Shown in pieces: positions 1 to 7,685 of a stretch of DNA of 12,648 bases. The notes beneath the pieces are model-generated. The model had not been told where the DNA came from, searched no databases, and saw only the letters and a list, made by a program, of their open reading frames with translations. This DNA comes from Candidatus Rifleibacteriota bacterium (lineage in GTDB: Bacteria > Muiribacteriota > Ozemobacteria > Ozemobacterales > Ozemobacteraceae): the NCBI GenBank assembly GCA_051747585.1, contig JBNJGH010000098.1:1-12648 (forward strand). The letters are read 5' to 3'. Every line of letters begins with the position of its first letter. Positions within the stretch are counted from its first letter, which is position 1. The position numbers and the translations under genes were made by a program.

Positions 1-50
1 TCTGTGCGCTCTGTGGTTATTTTCTTTGTGGCTTTGAGACTTGGTGTGAG
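1..50. repeat. Short degenerate direct-repeat arms (TCTGTG x2, period 9; CTT(T/G)G(T/A)G x3, period 8), probably the end of a dispersed intergenic repeat element truncated by the window edge
   Basis: TCTGTG at 1-6 and 10-15; CTTTGTGG 24-31, CTTTGAGA 32-39, CTTGGTGT 40-47. The reverse complement reads ...CTCACACCAAGTCTCAAAGCCACAAAG...AACCACAGAGCGCACAGA. Confidence 0.5.
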
Positions 51-106
51 GAATTTTCTTTTCTGAAACCAACTGATGGTCGCTGACCGAGAATTGCTGT
101 CATCTA

Positions 107-135
107 TTGCTCAAATGTTATAAAAAGCTTAAAAT
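107..135 (+). promoter_or_regulatory. Candidate sigma70 promoter for the 144-458 ORF (possibly a leaderless mRNA)
   Basis: TTGCTC (107-112), 17-bp spacer, TAAAAT (130-135). The ATG at 144 follows 8 nt later with no Shine-Dalgarno sequence. An alternative extended -10, TGtTATAAA, lies at 116-124. Confidence 0.45.
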
Positions 136-143
136 CTCTATAT

Positions 144-458
144 ATGGAAACCGAAAAATTACAAAAAACACTTCAAGTTATAATTATACTTTATTGTATA
201 TTGCTTGCTATAAGTGGCATTAGAATGATAGCAGGCTCAGATGGGGTTACGGTGATGCTTTCGATTTTTATTGGTTGCGCTAAAATTGCTCTGGCAATTT
301 TACAGGGATATTTTGCCGTTTCCATAGAAAAAGTCGATTCGGGCATCATGTTAAAAGGCTTTGCCGGGAGTGGCGTAATTCTTTTAATTTCATTTAATTT
401 TATTTTTGCAATCTTCAGTTTTGCTTTTGCTGTTGCAATCAAGCTTTTACCAGAATAA
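144..458 (+). CDS. Hypothetical small integral membrane protein (104 aa, 3-4 hydrophobic segments)
   Basis: ATG..TAA ORF with hydrophobic stretches VIIILYCILLAISGI, VTVMLSIFIGCAKIALAILQGYFAV and FAGSGVILLISFNFIFAIFSFAFAVAI. It has a candidate upstream promoter. No family recognised. Confidence 0.7.
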   Translation: METEKLQKTLQVIIILYCILLAISGIRMIAGSDGVTVMLSIFIGCAKIALAILQGYFAVSIEKVDSGIMLKGFAGSGVILLISFNFIFAIFSFAFAVAIKLLPE

Positions 459-488
459 AAACTTATTTTATTTTTTTTAAATTCAGCC

Positions 489-517
489 TTGTACTAGAGA
501 AATCCTTATGCTATTCT
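489..517 (+). promoter_or_regulatory. Sigma70-type promoter (extended -10) upstream of xerC
   Basis: TTGTAC (489-494), 17-bp spacer, TATTCT (512-517), with TG at 509-510. An A/T-rich UP-like tract lies at about 454-483, and SD-like GGAGAG at 542-547 precedes TTG 554. Confidence 0.65.
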
Positions 518-553
518 TGGCGCATCCCAACAGATTAAAATGGAGAGCAAACT

Positions 554-1468
554 TTGCCCACCTTGGAATTGTTCAGACTTTTTTTTCAATATCTTGAAAA
601 AGAGCGCTTATTGTCGGCCAATACCTTGAGAGCCTATAAAAATGATCTTAAACCTTTTTTCGAATGGCTCGAACAAAGTCAGCAGATCACCAGCTGCAAC
701 CAGCTCGAACATTTAACTCTGGCCCAGATCAGGGCATACTGGACTCAACGAAGAATGAACGGGCTGTCCCAGCAAAGCATGCGCAGAGGGCAATCTTCTT
801 TAAGAACCCTGTTTTTGTTTGCCCGCAAACGAAGTTATATTGAAAATAATCCAGTCAAAGGCATGGCTTCTCCAAAAAGAAAAAGACCTCTTCCCAAAGC
901 ACTTTCAGGCGAAGACATAAACCTCCTGCTGAATATCCCTCCAGCCGAAACAACCCTTGGCAAAAGAGATCGCGCCATTCTTGAAACACTCTATGGAAGC
1001 GGGATGAGAATTTCTGAGCTTACCGGTCTTAAAATTGCCAATCTCGATTGGGATCAACAAACAGCGCGAATCACAGGCAAAGGAAATAAAGAAAGAATTG
1101 TTCCTTTAACTCCGACTTCCTGTGACAAAATCAAAACCTACCTCAGAGCTATAAATCGCTCACCAGACGAGAAGCGTAGCGAATTTGTTTTTTTAAATCG
1201 ATACGGTAATCAGATAAGCAACCGTAGCGTAGCGAGAATGATTGACAAATACAGCCGAGAGCTCGCTTTGATGATAAATATTACACCGCATCAGTTCAGA
1301 CACAGCTTTGCCACCCATCTTCTCAACAACGGTGCCGATATCAGAGCGGTGCAGGAAATGCTGGGGCACGAAAGCCTTTCGACGACACAAATCTACACCA
1401 GAATAAGCAAAGAAAAGCTTTTAAGCACCTATAAAAATACACATCCAAGATCCGGAGGACAACAATGA
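554..1468 (+). CDS. xerC: Tyrosine recombinase XerC (XerC/CodV-like)
   Basis: N-terminal SAM-like region (LSANTLRAYKNDL). The catalytic set is complete: LYGSGMRISEL (R), GKGNKER (K), HQFRHSFATHLL (HxxR), LGHESLSTTQIY (H, Y), with C-terminal HPR. It sits in the classic position upstream of hslVU. TTG start with SD. Confidence 0.9.
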   Translation: MPTLELFRLFFQYLEKERLLSANTLRAYKNDLKPFFEWLEQSQQITSCNQLEHLTLAQIRAYWTQRRMNGLSQQSMRRGQSSLRTLFLFARKRSYIENNPVKGMASPKRKRPLPKALSGEDINLLLNIPPAETTLGKRDRAILETLYGSGMRISELTGLKIANLDWDQQTARITGKGNKERIVPLTPTSCDKIKTYLRAINRSPDEKRSEFVFLNRYGNQISNRSVARMIDKYSRELALMINITPHQFRHSFATHLLNNGADIRAVQEMLGHESLSTTQIYTRISKEKLLSTYKNTHPRSGGQQ

Positions 1469-1998
1469 GTTTCAAGGGAACCACAATAATAGCTGTACAG
1501 AGAAAAGGTTGCCTTGCATTTGCAGGAGATGGACAGGTCACCTTTGGCGACCAGATAATCAAAGCAAAGGCAATTAAAATAAGACATTTTTCCAATTTTA
1601 AAATAATCGGAGGCTTTGCCGGTCATACAGCAGATGCCTTTACTCTTTTTGAAAGATTTGAAACCAAACTTGAAGCAGCATCAGGTAATTTAACAAAAGC
1701 TGCAGTTGAGCTTGCCAAAGACTGGAGAATGGACAAAGCCTTGCGAAAGCTTGAAGCCATGCTTCTGGTAGGCAACCAGAACAAACTGTTAATGCTGTCA
1801 GGACAAGGTGACGTCATGGAACCGGACGAACCCGTCATGGCTATAGGGTCAGGAGCCCCAACAGCTATTGCTGCGGCCAAAGCCCTCTTGCGCAACACAA
1901 AAATGAATGCAGAAGAAATTGCCCGGGAAGCCCTGACCATAACATCTGAGCAATGCATTTATACAAATAATGAAATCATCATGGAGACAATCGAATGA
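1465..1998 (+). CDS. hslV: ATP-dependent protease peptidase subunit HslV (ClpQ)
   Basis: MSFKG-TTII N-terminal Thr nucleophile after a short propeptide. Motifs AGDGQVT, GFAG, AVELAKDWRMDKALRKLEAML, AIGSG and CIYTN. ATGA overlap with xerC. Confidence 0.96.
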   Translation: MSFKGTTIIAVQRKGCLAFAGDGQVTFGDQIIKAKAIKIRHFSNFKIIGGFAGHTADAFTLFERFETKLEAASGNLTKAAVELAKDWRMDKALRKLEAMLLVGNQNKLLMLSGQGDVMEPDEPVMAIGSGAPTAIAAAKALLRNTKMNAEEIAREALTITSEQCIYTNNEIIMETIE

Positions 1999-3416
1999 CA
2001 AAAGAGAATACGCCGGCACGCGCCGAACTGACACCTCAAGAAATTGTCTCGGCTCTTAACAATTACGTTGTTGGTCAACAAAAGGCCAAAAGAGCAGTAG
2101 CGGTAGCTCTTCGCAATCGTTATAGAAGACGCCAGCTTGAAGCAGATATTCGCGAAGATATTCGCCCAAAAAATCTTTTACTCATTGGTCCTACCGGAGT
2201 GGGTAAAACCGAAGTCGCACGCCGACTTTCAACTATAGCACGAGTTCCTTTTATCAAGGTCGAAGCCACAAAATTTACCGAAGTAGGCTACGTTGGTCGA
2301 GATGTTGATTCTATGGTTCGAGACCTGGTTGAAGTAAGTTTAAACCTGGTAAAAACCCAGAAAACGAAAAAATTTGAAAAACGTGCCGCCGAGCGAGCTG
2401 AACAAAGACTACTTGACTACCTCATTCCCGAAGATCGCAGATACCATCCTTTGAGCGGTTTTGAAAAAGACTCAGATACTGAGGGAAAAGTGCCGATAAA
2501 TAGAGAAGAGTCCAGTAAAGCACCCTCAACAAGAGAGAAATACCTGGAAATGCTCAGATCAGGAAAGCTTGACGAAAAGGAGGTAGAAATCGAAGTGAGT
2601 GAAAACGCAACTCCCGTCGTAGAAGTAATCTCCTCCCAAAGCGGCTTTGAAGAAATGGGTTTCAATATGGGCGGCATTCAGAACATGCTTGGCAACATGT
2701 TCCCCAGCAAACAGAAGCGCCGAAAAGTTAAAGTCAAAGACGCCAGAGAAATTCTTTTTCATGAAGAAATATCCAACCTGATAGATCAGGAAGATCTGCA
2801 AAAAGAAGCTATACATCTTGCCCAGGAAAACGGAATTATATTTCTGGATGAGATCGACAAAATTGCTTCTTCTTATGTTGGAAAATCAGGCCCCGATGTG
2901 TCGCGAGAAGGCGTTCAACGAGACCTGCTACCTCTGGTAGAAGGCACCGGCGTAATGACCAAATACGGAATGGTTAAAACAGACCATATTTTGTTTTTTG
3001 CAGCCGGCGCTTTTAACGTAAGCAAGCCATCTGATCTGATTCCGGAGCTTCAAGGAAGATTTCCGGTAAGGGTAGAGTTCGAAAAGCTGGGAGAAAAAGA
3101 TTTCGAAAAAATTCTAACCGAACCCCGAAATGCTCTGACACGCCAATACAAAGCCCTTATGCAGGTTGATAAAGTTGAGGTTGATTTTACAGACGAAGCA
3201 ATAAGTGAAATTGCCAGATACGCAGCAGAGGCAAATGACTCGCAGGAAAACATCGGAGCACGAAGACTACACACAATGATGGAACATCTTATGGATGAAA
3301 TTGCTTTTGAAGCTCCGGCGAACTACACCGGCAAATACCTGGTAAGCGGTGAAACCGTTGAAAAAGCAATTGGCCCGCTAATGAAGAATCGCGATCTGGC
3401 ACGTTTCATACTTTAA
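1995..3416 (+). CDS. hslU: ATP-dependent protease ATPase subunit HslU (ClpY)
   Basis: Walker A GPTGVGKT, pore loop KFTEVGYVG, I-domain, Walker B IIFLDEIDK, DVSREGVQRDLLP, PELQGRFP, NIGARRL and C-terminal DLARFIL. ATGA overlap with hslV. Confidence 0.97.
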   Translation: MTKENTPARAELTPQEIVSALNNYVVGQQKAKRAVAVALRNRYRRRQLEADIREDIRPKNLLLIGPTGVGKTEVARRLSTIARVPFIKVEATKFTEVGYVGRDVDSMVRDLVEVSLNLVKTQKTKKFEKRAAERAEQRLLDYLIPEDRRYHPLSGFEKDSDTEGKVPINREESSKAPSTREKYLEMLRSGKLDEKEVEIEVSENATPVVEVISSQSGFEEMGFNMGGIQNMLGNMFPSKQKRRKVKVKDAREILFHEEISNLIDQEDLQKEAIHLAQENGIIFLDEIDKIASSYVGKSGPDVSREGVQRDLLPLVEGTGVMTKYGMVKTDHILFFAAGAFNVSKPSDLIPELQGRFPVRVEFEKLGEKDFEKILTEPRNALTRQYKALMQVDKVEVDFTDEAISEIARYAAEANDSQENIGARRLHTMMEHLMDEIAFEAPANYTGKYLVSGETVEKAIGPLMKNRDLARFIL

Positions 3417-3436
3417 ACCGCTCAGGAGGCAGATCT

Positions 3437-3859
3437 ATGTTTGACAGATTAACAGGCACGGCAACCTTTAACCTTCTAGGTAAAGGCCTGGAGGTCTCGA
3501 CAAAAAGGCACAAAGTAATCGCCAACAATATTGCCAACGTTAATACACCGAAGTTCAAACGTCAGATCGTATCCTTCGAAGATGAAATGGCAAAAGTATT
3601 TGACGGTAAAGTCGATATTGTCGGAAAACGTGAAGATAACCGACACATTCCGATCGGCAACACGAACTATATGGATGTTAACCCGGTTACCATACGAGAT
3701 AGAATTCATGTAATGCGAAATGACAAAAACAATGTAGATGTCGATGTAGAAATGAGCGATCTGGCAAAAAACACCATGAAATATCAAGTTATGTCAAACC
3801 GCCTTTCAGGGATGTTCACGCAACTCAACAACGTAATAACCAGAGGAGGTAGAGCCTGA
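3437..3859 (+). CDS. flgB: Flagellar basal-body rod protein FlgB
   Basis: IANNIANVNTPKFKR rod motif and MRNDKNNVDVDVEM..LAKN motif. SD AGGAGG at 3424-3429. Confidence 0.95.
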   Translation: MFDRLTGTATFNLLGKGLEVSTKRHKVIANNIANVNTPKFKRQIVSFEDEMAKVFDGKVDIVGKREDNRHIPIGNTNYMDVNPVTIRDRIHVMRNDKNNVDVDVEMSDLAKNTMKYQVMSNRLSGMFTQLNNVITRGGRA

Positions 3860-4299
3860 TGGGTATGTTCAGAGCAATTGACACCTCTGCTTCCGGTCTG
3901 ACGGCAGAAAGACTCAGAATGGATGTTATTTCCAATAACATCGCAAATGTCAACACGACCAGAACCGAAAGCGGCGAACCCTTTCGCCGCAAAATGGCCA
4001 TTTTTCAAGCCAGAAACCCGAACGGGCACTGGCCATTTATGGACAGAGTCAATCCGCAACAACCGGGAAAAGGTGTAAGAGTTTCGGCAATAATGGATGA
4101 CATGGCACCTTTCAAAATGGAATACGACCCCAGTCACCCCGACTCAGACAGCGAAGGGTATGTTCGCCGACCAAATATAAACATAGTGCACGAAATGACA
4201 GATATGATTACGGCAACTCGTGCATACGAAGCAAATGTAACCAGCATTAATTCAGCGAAAGACATGGTTAATGCGGCATTAAATATCAGTAGCAGGTAA
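3859..4299 (+). CDS. flgC: Flagellar basal-body rod protein FlgC
   Basis: SASGLTAERLRMDVISNNIANVNTTR, YDPSHPD...GYV..PN and EMTDMITATRAYEAN. TGATG overlap with flgB and SD AGGAGGT at 3844-3850. Confidence 0.96.
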   Translation: MGMFRAIDTSASGLTAERLRMDVISNNIANVNTTRTESGEPFRRKMAIFQARNPNGHWPFMDRVNPQQPGKGVRVSAIMDDMAPFKMEYDPSHPDSDSEGYVRRPNINIVHEMTDMITATRAYEANVTSINSAKDMVNAALNISSR

Positions 4300-4306
4300 A
4301 GGTTAA

Positions 4307-4606
4307 ATGAGAATACTTGAAAAAAGTCCTTTTGATCAACTAAGATCGAAGCCTCAAGAGTCTAAAACCAATGCCAAGCAACAATGGCGAATGTTTCTTG
4401 ATTCGTTTCAAACTGCAATTGGTGAGGTTGACCAACTGGGGAAAACTTCAGAAAAACTGACTCAGGATGCAGTTCTTGGCAGAGTAGACAATCTTCATGA
4501 TGTCATGATTGCCGCCGAAAAAGCTAAGACCGCAATGAACCTTACAATCGAGGTTCGCGGTAAAGCTCTTGAAGCATACAAAGAAATAATGAGAATGAAT
4601 TTTTAA
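4307..4606 (+). CDS. fliE: Flagellar hook-basal body complex protein FliE
   Basis: 99 aa with the C-terminal signature LHDVMIAAEKA..AMNLTIEVRGKALEAYKEIMRM, positioned between flgC and fliF. Confidence 0.93.
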   Translation: MRILEKSPFDQLRSKPQESKTNAKQQWRMFLDSFQTAIGEVDQLGKTSEKLTQDAVLGRVDNLHDVMIAAEKAKTAMNLTIEVRGKALEAYKEIMRMNF

Positions 4607-4613
4607 TTTAGTC

Positions 4614-4642
4614 TTTACAGATTGACTTTAGAGTACTATAAA
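4614..4642 (+). promoter_or_regulatory. Candidate internal sigma70 promoter upstream of fliF
   Basis: Lies in the only long intergenic gap of the cluster (4607-4720), which is AT-rich. TTTACA (4614-4619), 17 bp, TATAAA (4637-4642). An additional TTGACT at 4622-4627 has no well-spaced -10. Confidence 0.4.
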
Positions 4643-4720
4643 TAATTTATACACTCCGAAAGCCCGCCAAAAAAAATTAAATACACAAAGGGCACAGCAG
4701 GGAGTAGGGAGTAGCAAACA

Positions 4721-6619
4721 ATGACTGAATTCCTCAGACAGATCTGGGAACCGATTGCCAGACTTTCCAGAAGCCAGCAAATAGGTCTTGCAGTAATCGT
4801 AGGACTTGTAGTTGTCGGAATCGTTTCTGTGTCAATGTGGGGCACACAACGTGAATTTATTCCACTTTTCGAAGAAGACCTCAAGCTTGAAGATGCCGGT
4901 GACATTGTTGCCAAACTCCAGGAACTTGGTGTTGAATACAAGCTTGGCAAAGACAGCAGTGATATTAGAGTGCCCTTAGCTGACAAATCATACATACTTC
5001 TGCAACTTGCCCAGGAAAAAACTCTGCCTCAGGCAAAAGCCGGATGGCAGAGTCTGATTGATGAAAGATCCATATTTTCCGGAACGACTCAACAGGAATT
5101 CAATCTCAACTTTGTCAGAGGTTTGCAGGCTGAGCTCGAAGAAACTCTCAAAAGAATGGATCCGGTTGAAGACGCTAACGTAAATATCGTTAAGCCAAAA
5201 ACCGAGGTATTTAAAGAAGACCAGAAAAATCCATCAGCAGCAATTTTATTAAATCTCAAACCCGGTGCAGAAATAAGCAAAGAACAGGTTAGAGCTATCA
5301 GAGACTGGGTATGCTCGGCAGTTGAAGGCCTTAAAACAGAAAACATAAGAATTTCTGACACCGAAGCAAGAGACCTTACAAGACTCATAGAAGATGAAGA
5401 ATCAATGAGTCTTGATAAGATCAAAAGCACTCAGATGAAATTCACCCAGAAACGCGAAAGGGAATTGCGCGGCGAACTTCAAAGCCAGCTTGAAGAAATG
5501 TTTGGCTATGGTAACGCTATTGTCAGAGTTCGCCTGGACATGGATTTCGACCAGAAAGAAGCCGTAAGCGACGTAGTTATACCGCCAATAGAAGGCAGCA
5601 ATACCGGAATTGTTCTTTCAGAAAAAACAGAAGAAGAAAGTTATCAGGGGCGAGACCTTGTAGAAGATGGTGAGCCTGGTGTAAACTCCAATTTACCCCC
5701 CGGTGCACCGGCCTACCCCGGAACCGAAAACGACACATGGAACAAATACGACCGCAAAGGCCATATTCGCAATTACGAAGTTACAAGATCAAAAGAAAAA
5801 TTTGTAAAAAACCAGGGCACAATAAGTAGACTTACAGTTTCTGTAGTTTTAAATACAGCTCCCTCAAGTGTTGAGGAGATAGAAGCCGATATAACTAATA
5901 TAGCTAAAACAACTGTAGGTTTTGACAAGACAAGGGGCGATAAACTCGCATTAATGGCAATGCCCTTCAAAAATGAAGAGGTTGAACGCGCCAAAGCGGC
6001 CTTTGCCCTGAGGAAACAACAGGAGAAACAGATGTTCATGATAGTTGTGGGCCTTCTAATGGCCTTCCCGATATTCCTGGGCCTGATTTATATTTTTGTT
6101 AGAGTTTCAAGAGCCAGAGCTCTGACCAGAGAACAGGAACGATTGCAGGAAGCTGCGGCAGAAGCCGAAGCCCTTAAAAGTGCAAGGGAGCAACAGATGC
6201 ACCGACAGAACGAGCAACAATGGCGTGACTGGGAAAGAAGATTCAAAGATATCAAAAATTTCTTTCCCGAGATCGGCGACATTCAGGAAAAGAAAAAGAA
6301 AGTTCAGGACCTTCGCCTCGAAGCATATCAATATGCACAAGATAATGACTCCCTGCCTCCTGAGTTCGAAGAAATGACACCGGAAGAACAGTTTATTTAT
6401 CGCGAAGCCTTCCAGAAGAAAAAAGAAGGCAGCCTCAACGAGGGTCTCGAAAGACTTCAGTCAGTCATTACAGAACGCGACAGAGCCAGAGAAGAAGAAC
6501 TCGAAAAACTTCAAGATCAGGCCAAAGCAAGAGAAAAACTTGAAGAACGTGTTAGAGAACTTGTTGAAACCAAACCCGAAGACGCCATATCGGTATTGCG
6601 TCTCTGGCTGAACGATTAA
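4721..6619 (+). CDS. fliF: Flagellar MS-ring protein FliF with extended cytoplasmic C-terminal tail
   Basis: TM1 (IGLAVIVGLVVVGIVSVSMW), RBM motifs (RGLQAELEETL, ANVNIVKP...F, PSAAILL, SAVEGL..ENI.I.D), GEPGVNSNLPPG, RNYEV, GTISRLTVSVVL and VGFDKTRGD, then TM2 and a C-terminal FliG-binding motif PEDAISVLRLWLND. Confidence 0.95.
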   Translation: MTEFLRQIWEPIARLSRSQQIGLAVIVGLVVVGIVSVSMWGTQREFIPLFEEDLKLEDAGDIVAKLQELGVEYKLGKDSSDIRVPLADKSYILLQLAQEKTLPQAKAGWQSLIDERSIFSGTTQQEFNLNFVRGLQAELEETLKRMDPVEDANVNIVKPKTEVFKEDQKNPSAAILLNLKPGAEISKEQVRAIRDWVCSAVEGLKTENIRISDTEARDLTRLIEDEESMSLDKIKSTQMKFTQKRERELRGELQSQLEEMFGYGNAIVRVRLDMDFDQKEAVSDVVIPPIEGSNTGIVLSEKTEEESYQGRDLVEDGEPGVNSNLPPGAPAYPGTENDTWNKYDRKGHIRNYEVTRSKEKFVKNQGTISRLTVSVVLNTAPSSVEEIEADITNIAKTTVGFDKTRGDKLALMAMPFKNEEVERAKAAFALRKQQEKQMFMIVVGLLMAFPIFLGLIYIFVRVSRARALTREQERLQEAAAEAEALKSAREQQMHRQNEQQWRDWERRFKDIKNFFPEIGDIQEKKKKVQDLRLEAYQYAQDNDSLPPEFEEMTPEEQFIYREAFQKKKEGSLNEGLERLQSVITERDRAREEELEKLQDQAKAREKLEERVRELVETKPEDAISVLRLWLND

Positions 6620-6635
6620 TTCAGGAGTGGCTAAA

Positions 6636-7685
6636 GTGGCAAAAGAAGATAACCGGCCCCCGATAAACATAGAAGAGTTACCGCCGCTGGATATTTCCGG
6701 AAAGGCAAAAGCGGCAATTCTGCTGATATTTCTCGGCCCGGAAACCAGCGGAGTTATTCTGCAATCTCTTTCAGATTCTGAAATAGAAACCCTGACAATC
6801 GAAATTGCCAAACATCGTAAAATAGATACAGAAAAAAAGCTCTCTGTATTATTTGAGTTTGAGCAATTAATGATGGCACGCAAGTTTTATGCTGAAGGGG
6901 GCTTGGAATACGCAAAGCACTTGCTTGAGCGAACCATCGGCCCGGGCAAAGCCCTTGAAATACTTGCCCGCATGGGCACTTCGCTTCAGGTGCAACCCTT
7001 TGAAGCTGCAAGGACTGCTGATCCTACCCAGCTCGCCACCCTTATTCAAAATGAGCACCCACAAACCGTTGCTTTGATTCTAGCTTATCTTCAGCCGGAA
7101 AAATCAGCGGTTATTTTACAGTCAATGACACCCGAGACACAGGTTGAAATTGCCAAAAGGCTGGCTTTAATGGATAGAACAAGCCCCGAAATTACCAGAG
7201 AGGTCGAGAATTACCTCGAAGAGAGACTTTCTTCTATTATTGGGCAGGATTTCACAAGCGTTGGTGGTATAGATTCACTCATTGGTGTATTGAATGCCGT
7301 AGAAAGAGCCACAGAAAAGAATATCATCGAAACGATGGAAGTTCAGGAACCAAGCCTGGCAGAAGAAGTCAAAAAACGACTGTTCGTTTTCGAAGATGTT
7401 GTGCTTATTGATGACCGAAGTCTGCAACGCCTGATGAAAGAGATTGACATGAAAGACCTTTCTATTGCCCTTAAAGGGGTAACAGACGAAGTTAAAGAGA
7501 AATTCTATAAAAATATGTCTAAACGCGCTGCCGAAATGCTCAAAGAAGACATGGCCTATATGGGCCCGGTTCGCATTAGAGATGTAGACCAGGCGCAGCA
7601 ACGCATCGTTGCGGTTGTTAAAAAACTCGAAGCACGCGGCGAAATAATAATTGCACGCCCCGGAGAGGAGGAACTGATTGGCTAG
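6636..7685 (+). CDS. fliG: Flagellar motor switch protein FliG (full length)
   Basis: KAAILL, GGLEYA, EHPQ, GG linker, LFVF (MFxF equivalent), ALKG, NMSKRAAEMLKED and GPVR. The start is placed at GTG 6636 because AGGAG (6623-6627) overlaps the ORF-track start at 6627 and lies 8 nt before 6636. Confidence 0.96.
   Translation: MAKEDNRPPINIEELPPLDISGKAKAAILLIFLGPETSGVILQSLSDSEIETLTIEIAKHRKIDTEKKLSVLFEFEQLMMARKFYAEGGLEYAKHLLERTIGPGKALEILARMGTSLQVQPFEAARTADPTQLATLIQNEHPQTVALILAYLQPEKSAVILQSMTPETQVEIAKRLALMDRTSPEITREVENYLEERLSSIIGQDFTSVGGIDSLIGVLNAVERATEKNIIETMEVQEPSLAEEVKKRLFVFEDVVLIDDRSLQRLMKEIDMKDLSIALKGVTDEVKEKFYKNMSKRAAEMLKEDMAYMGPVRIRDVDQAQQRIVAVVKKLEARGEIIIARPGEEELIG

Noticed and set aside
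63..86. CTGA repeated at 63, 73 and 83 with a 10-nt period (possible phased binding site)
   Set aside because: Only a 4-mer with unconserved flanks, which is insufficient support without comparative data.
454..478. Intrinsic terminator after the small ORF (AATAAAA/TTTTATT stem followed by a T run)
   Set aside because: The stem is A/T only and too weak to call. The tract is equally explained as an UP element of the xerC promoter.
459..553. dif site, or CIRCE/CtsR heat-shock operator, upstream of xerC-hslVU
   Set aside because: No convincing match to the dif XerD arm (TTATGTTAAA) or to TTAGCACTC-N9-GAGTGCTAA by eye.
554..1468. Tyrosine recombinase as a phage, ICE or integron integrase
   Set aside because: Size, motifs and overlap with hslV fit housekeeping XerC. 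No integron-integrase insertion, att sites or mobile cargo were seen.
4639..4662. Sigma28 promoter (TAAA ... TCCGAAAG) before fliF
   Set aside because: The spacer is 12 nt instead of about 15 and the -10 match to GCCGATAA is poor.
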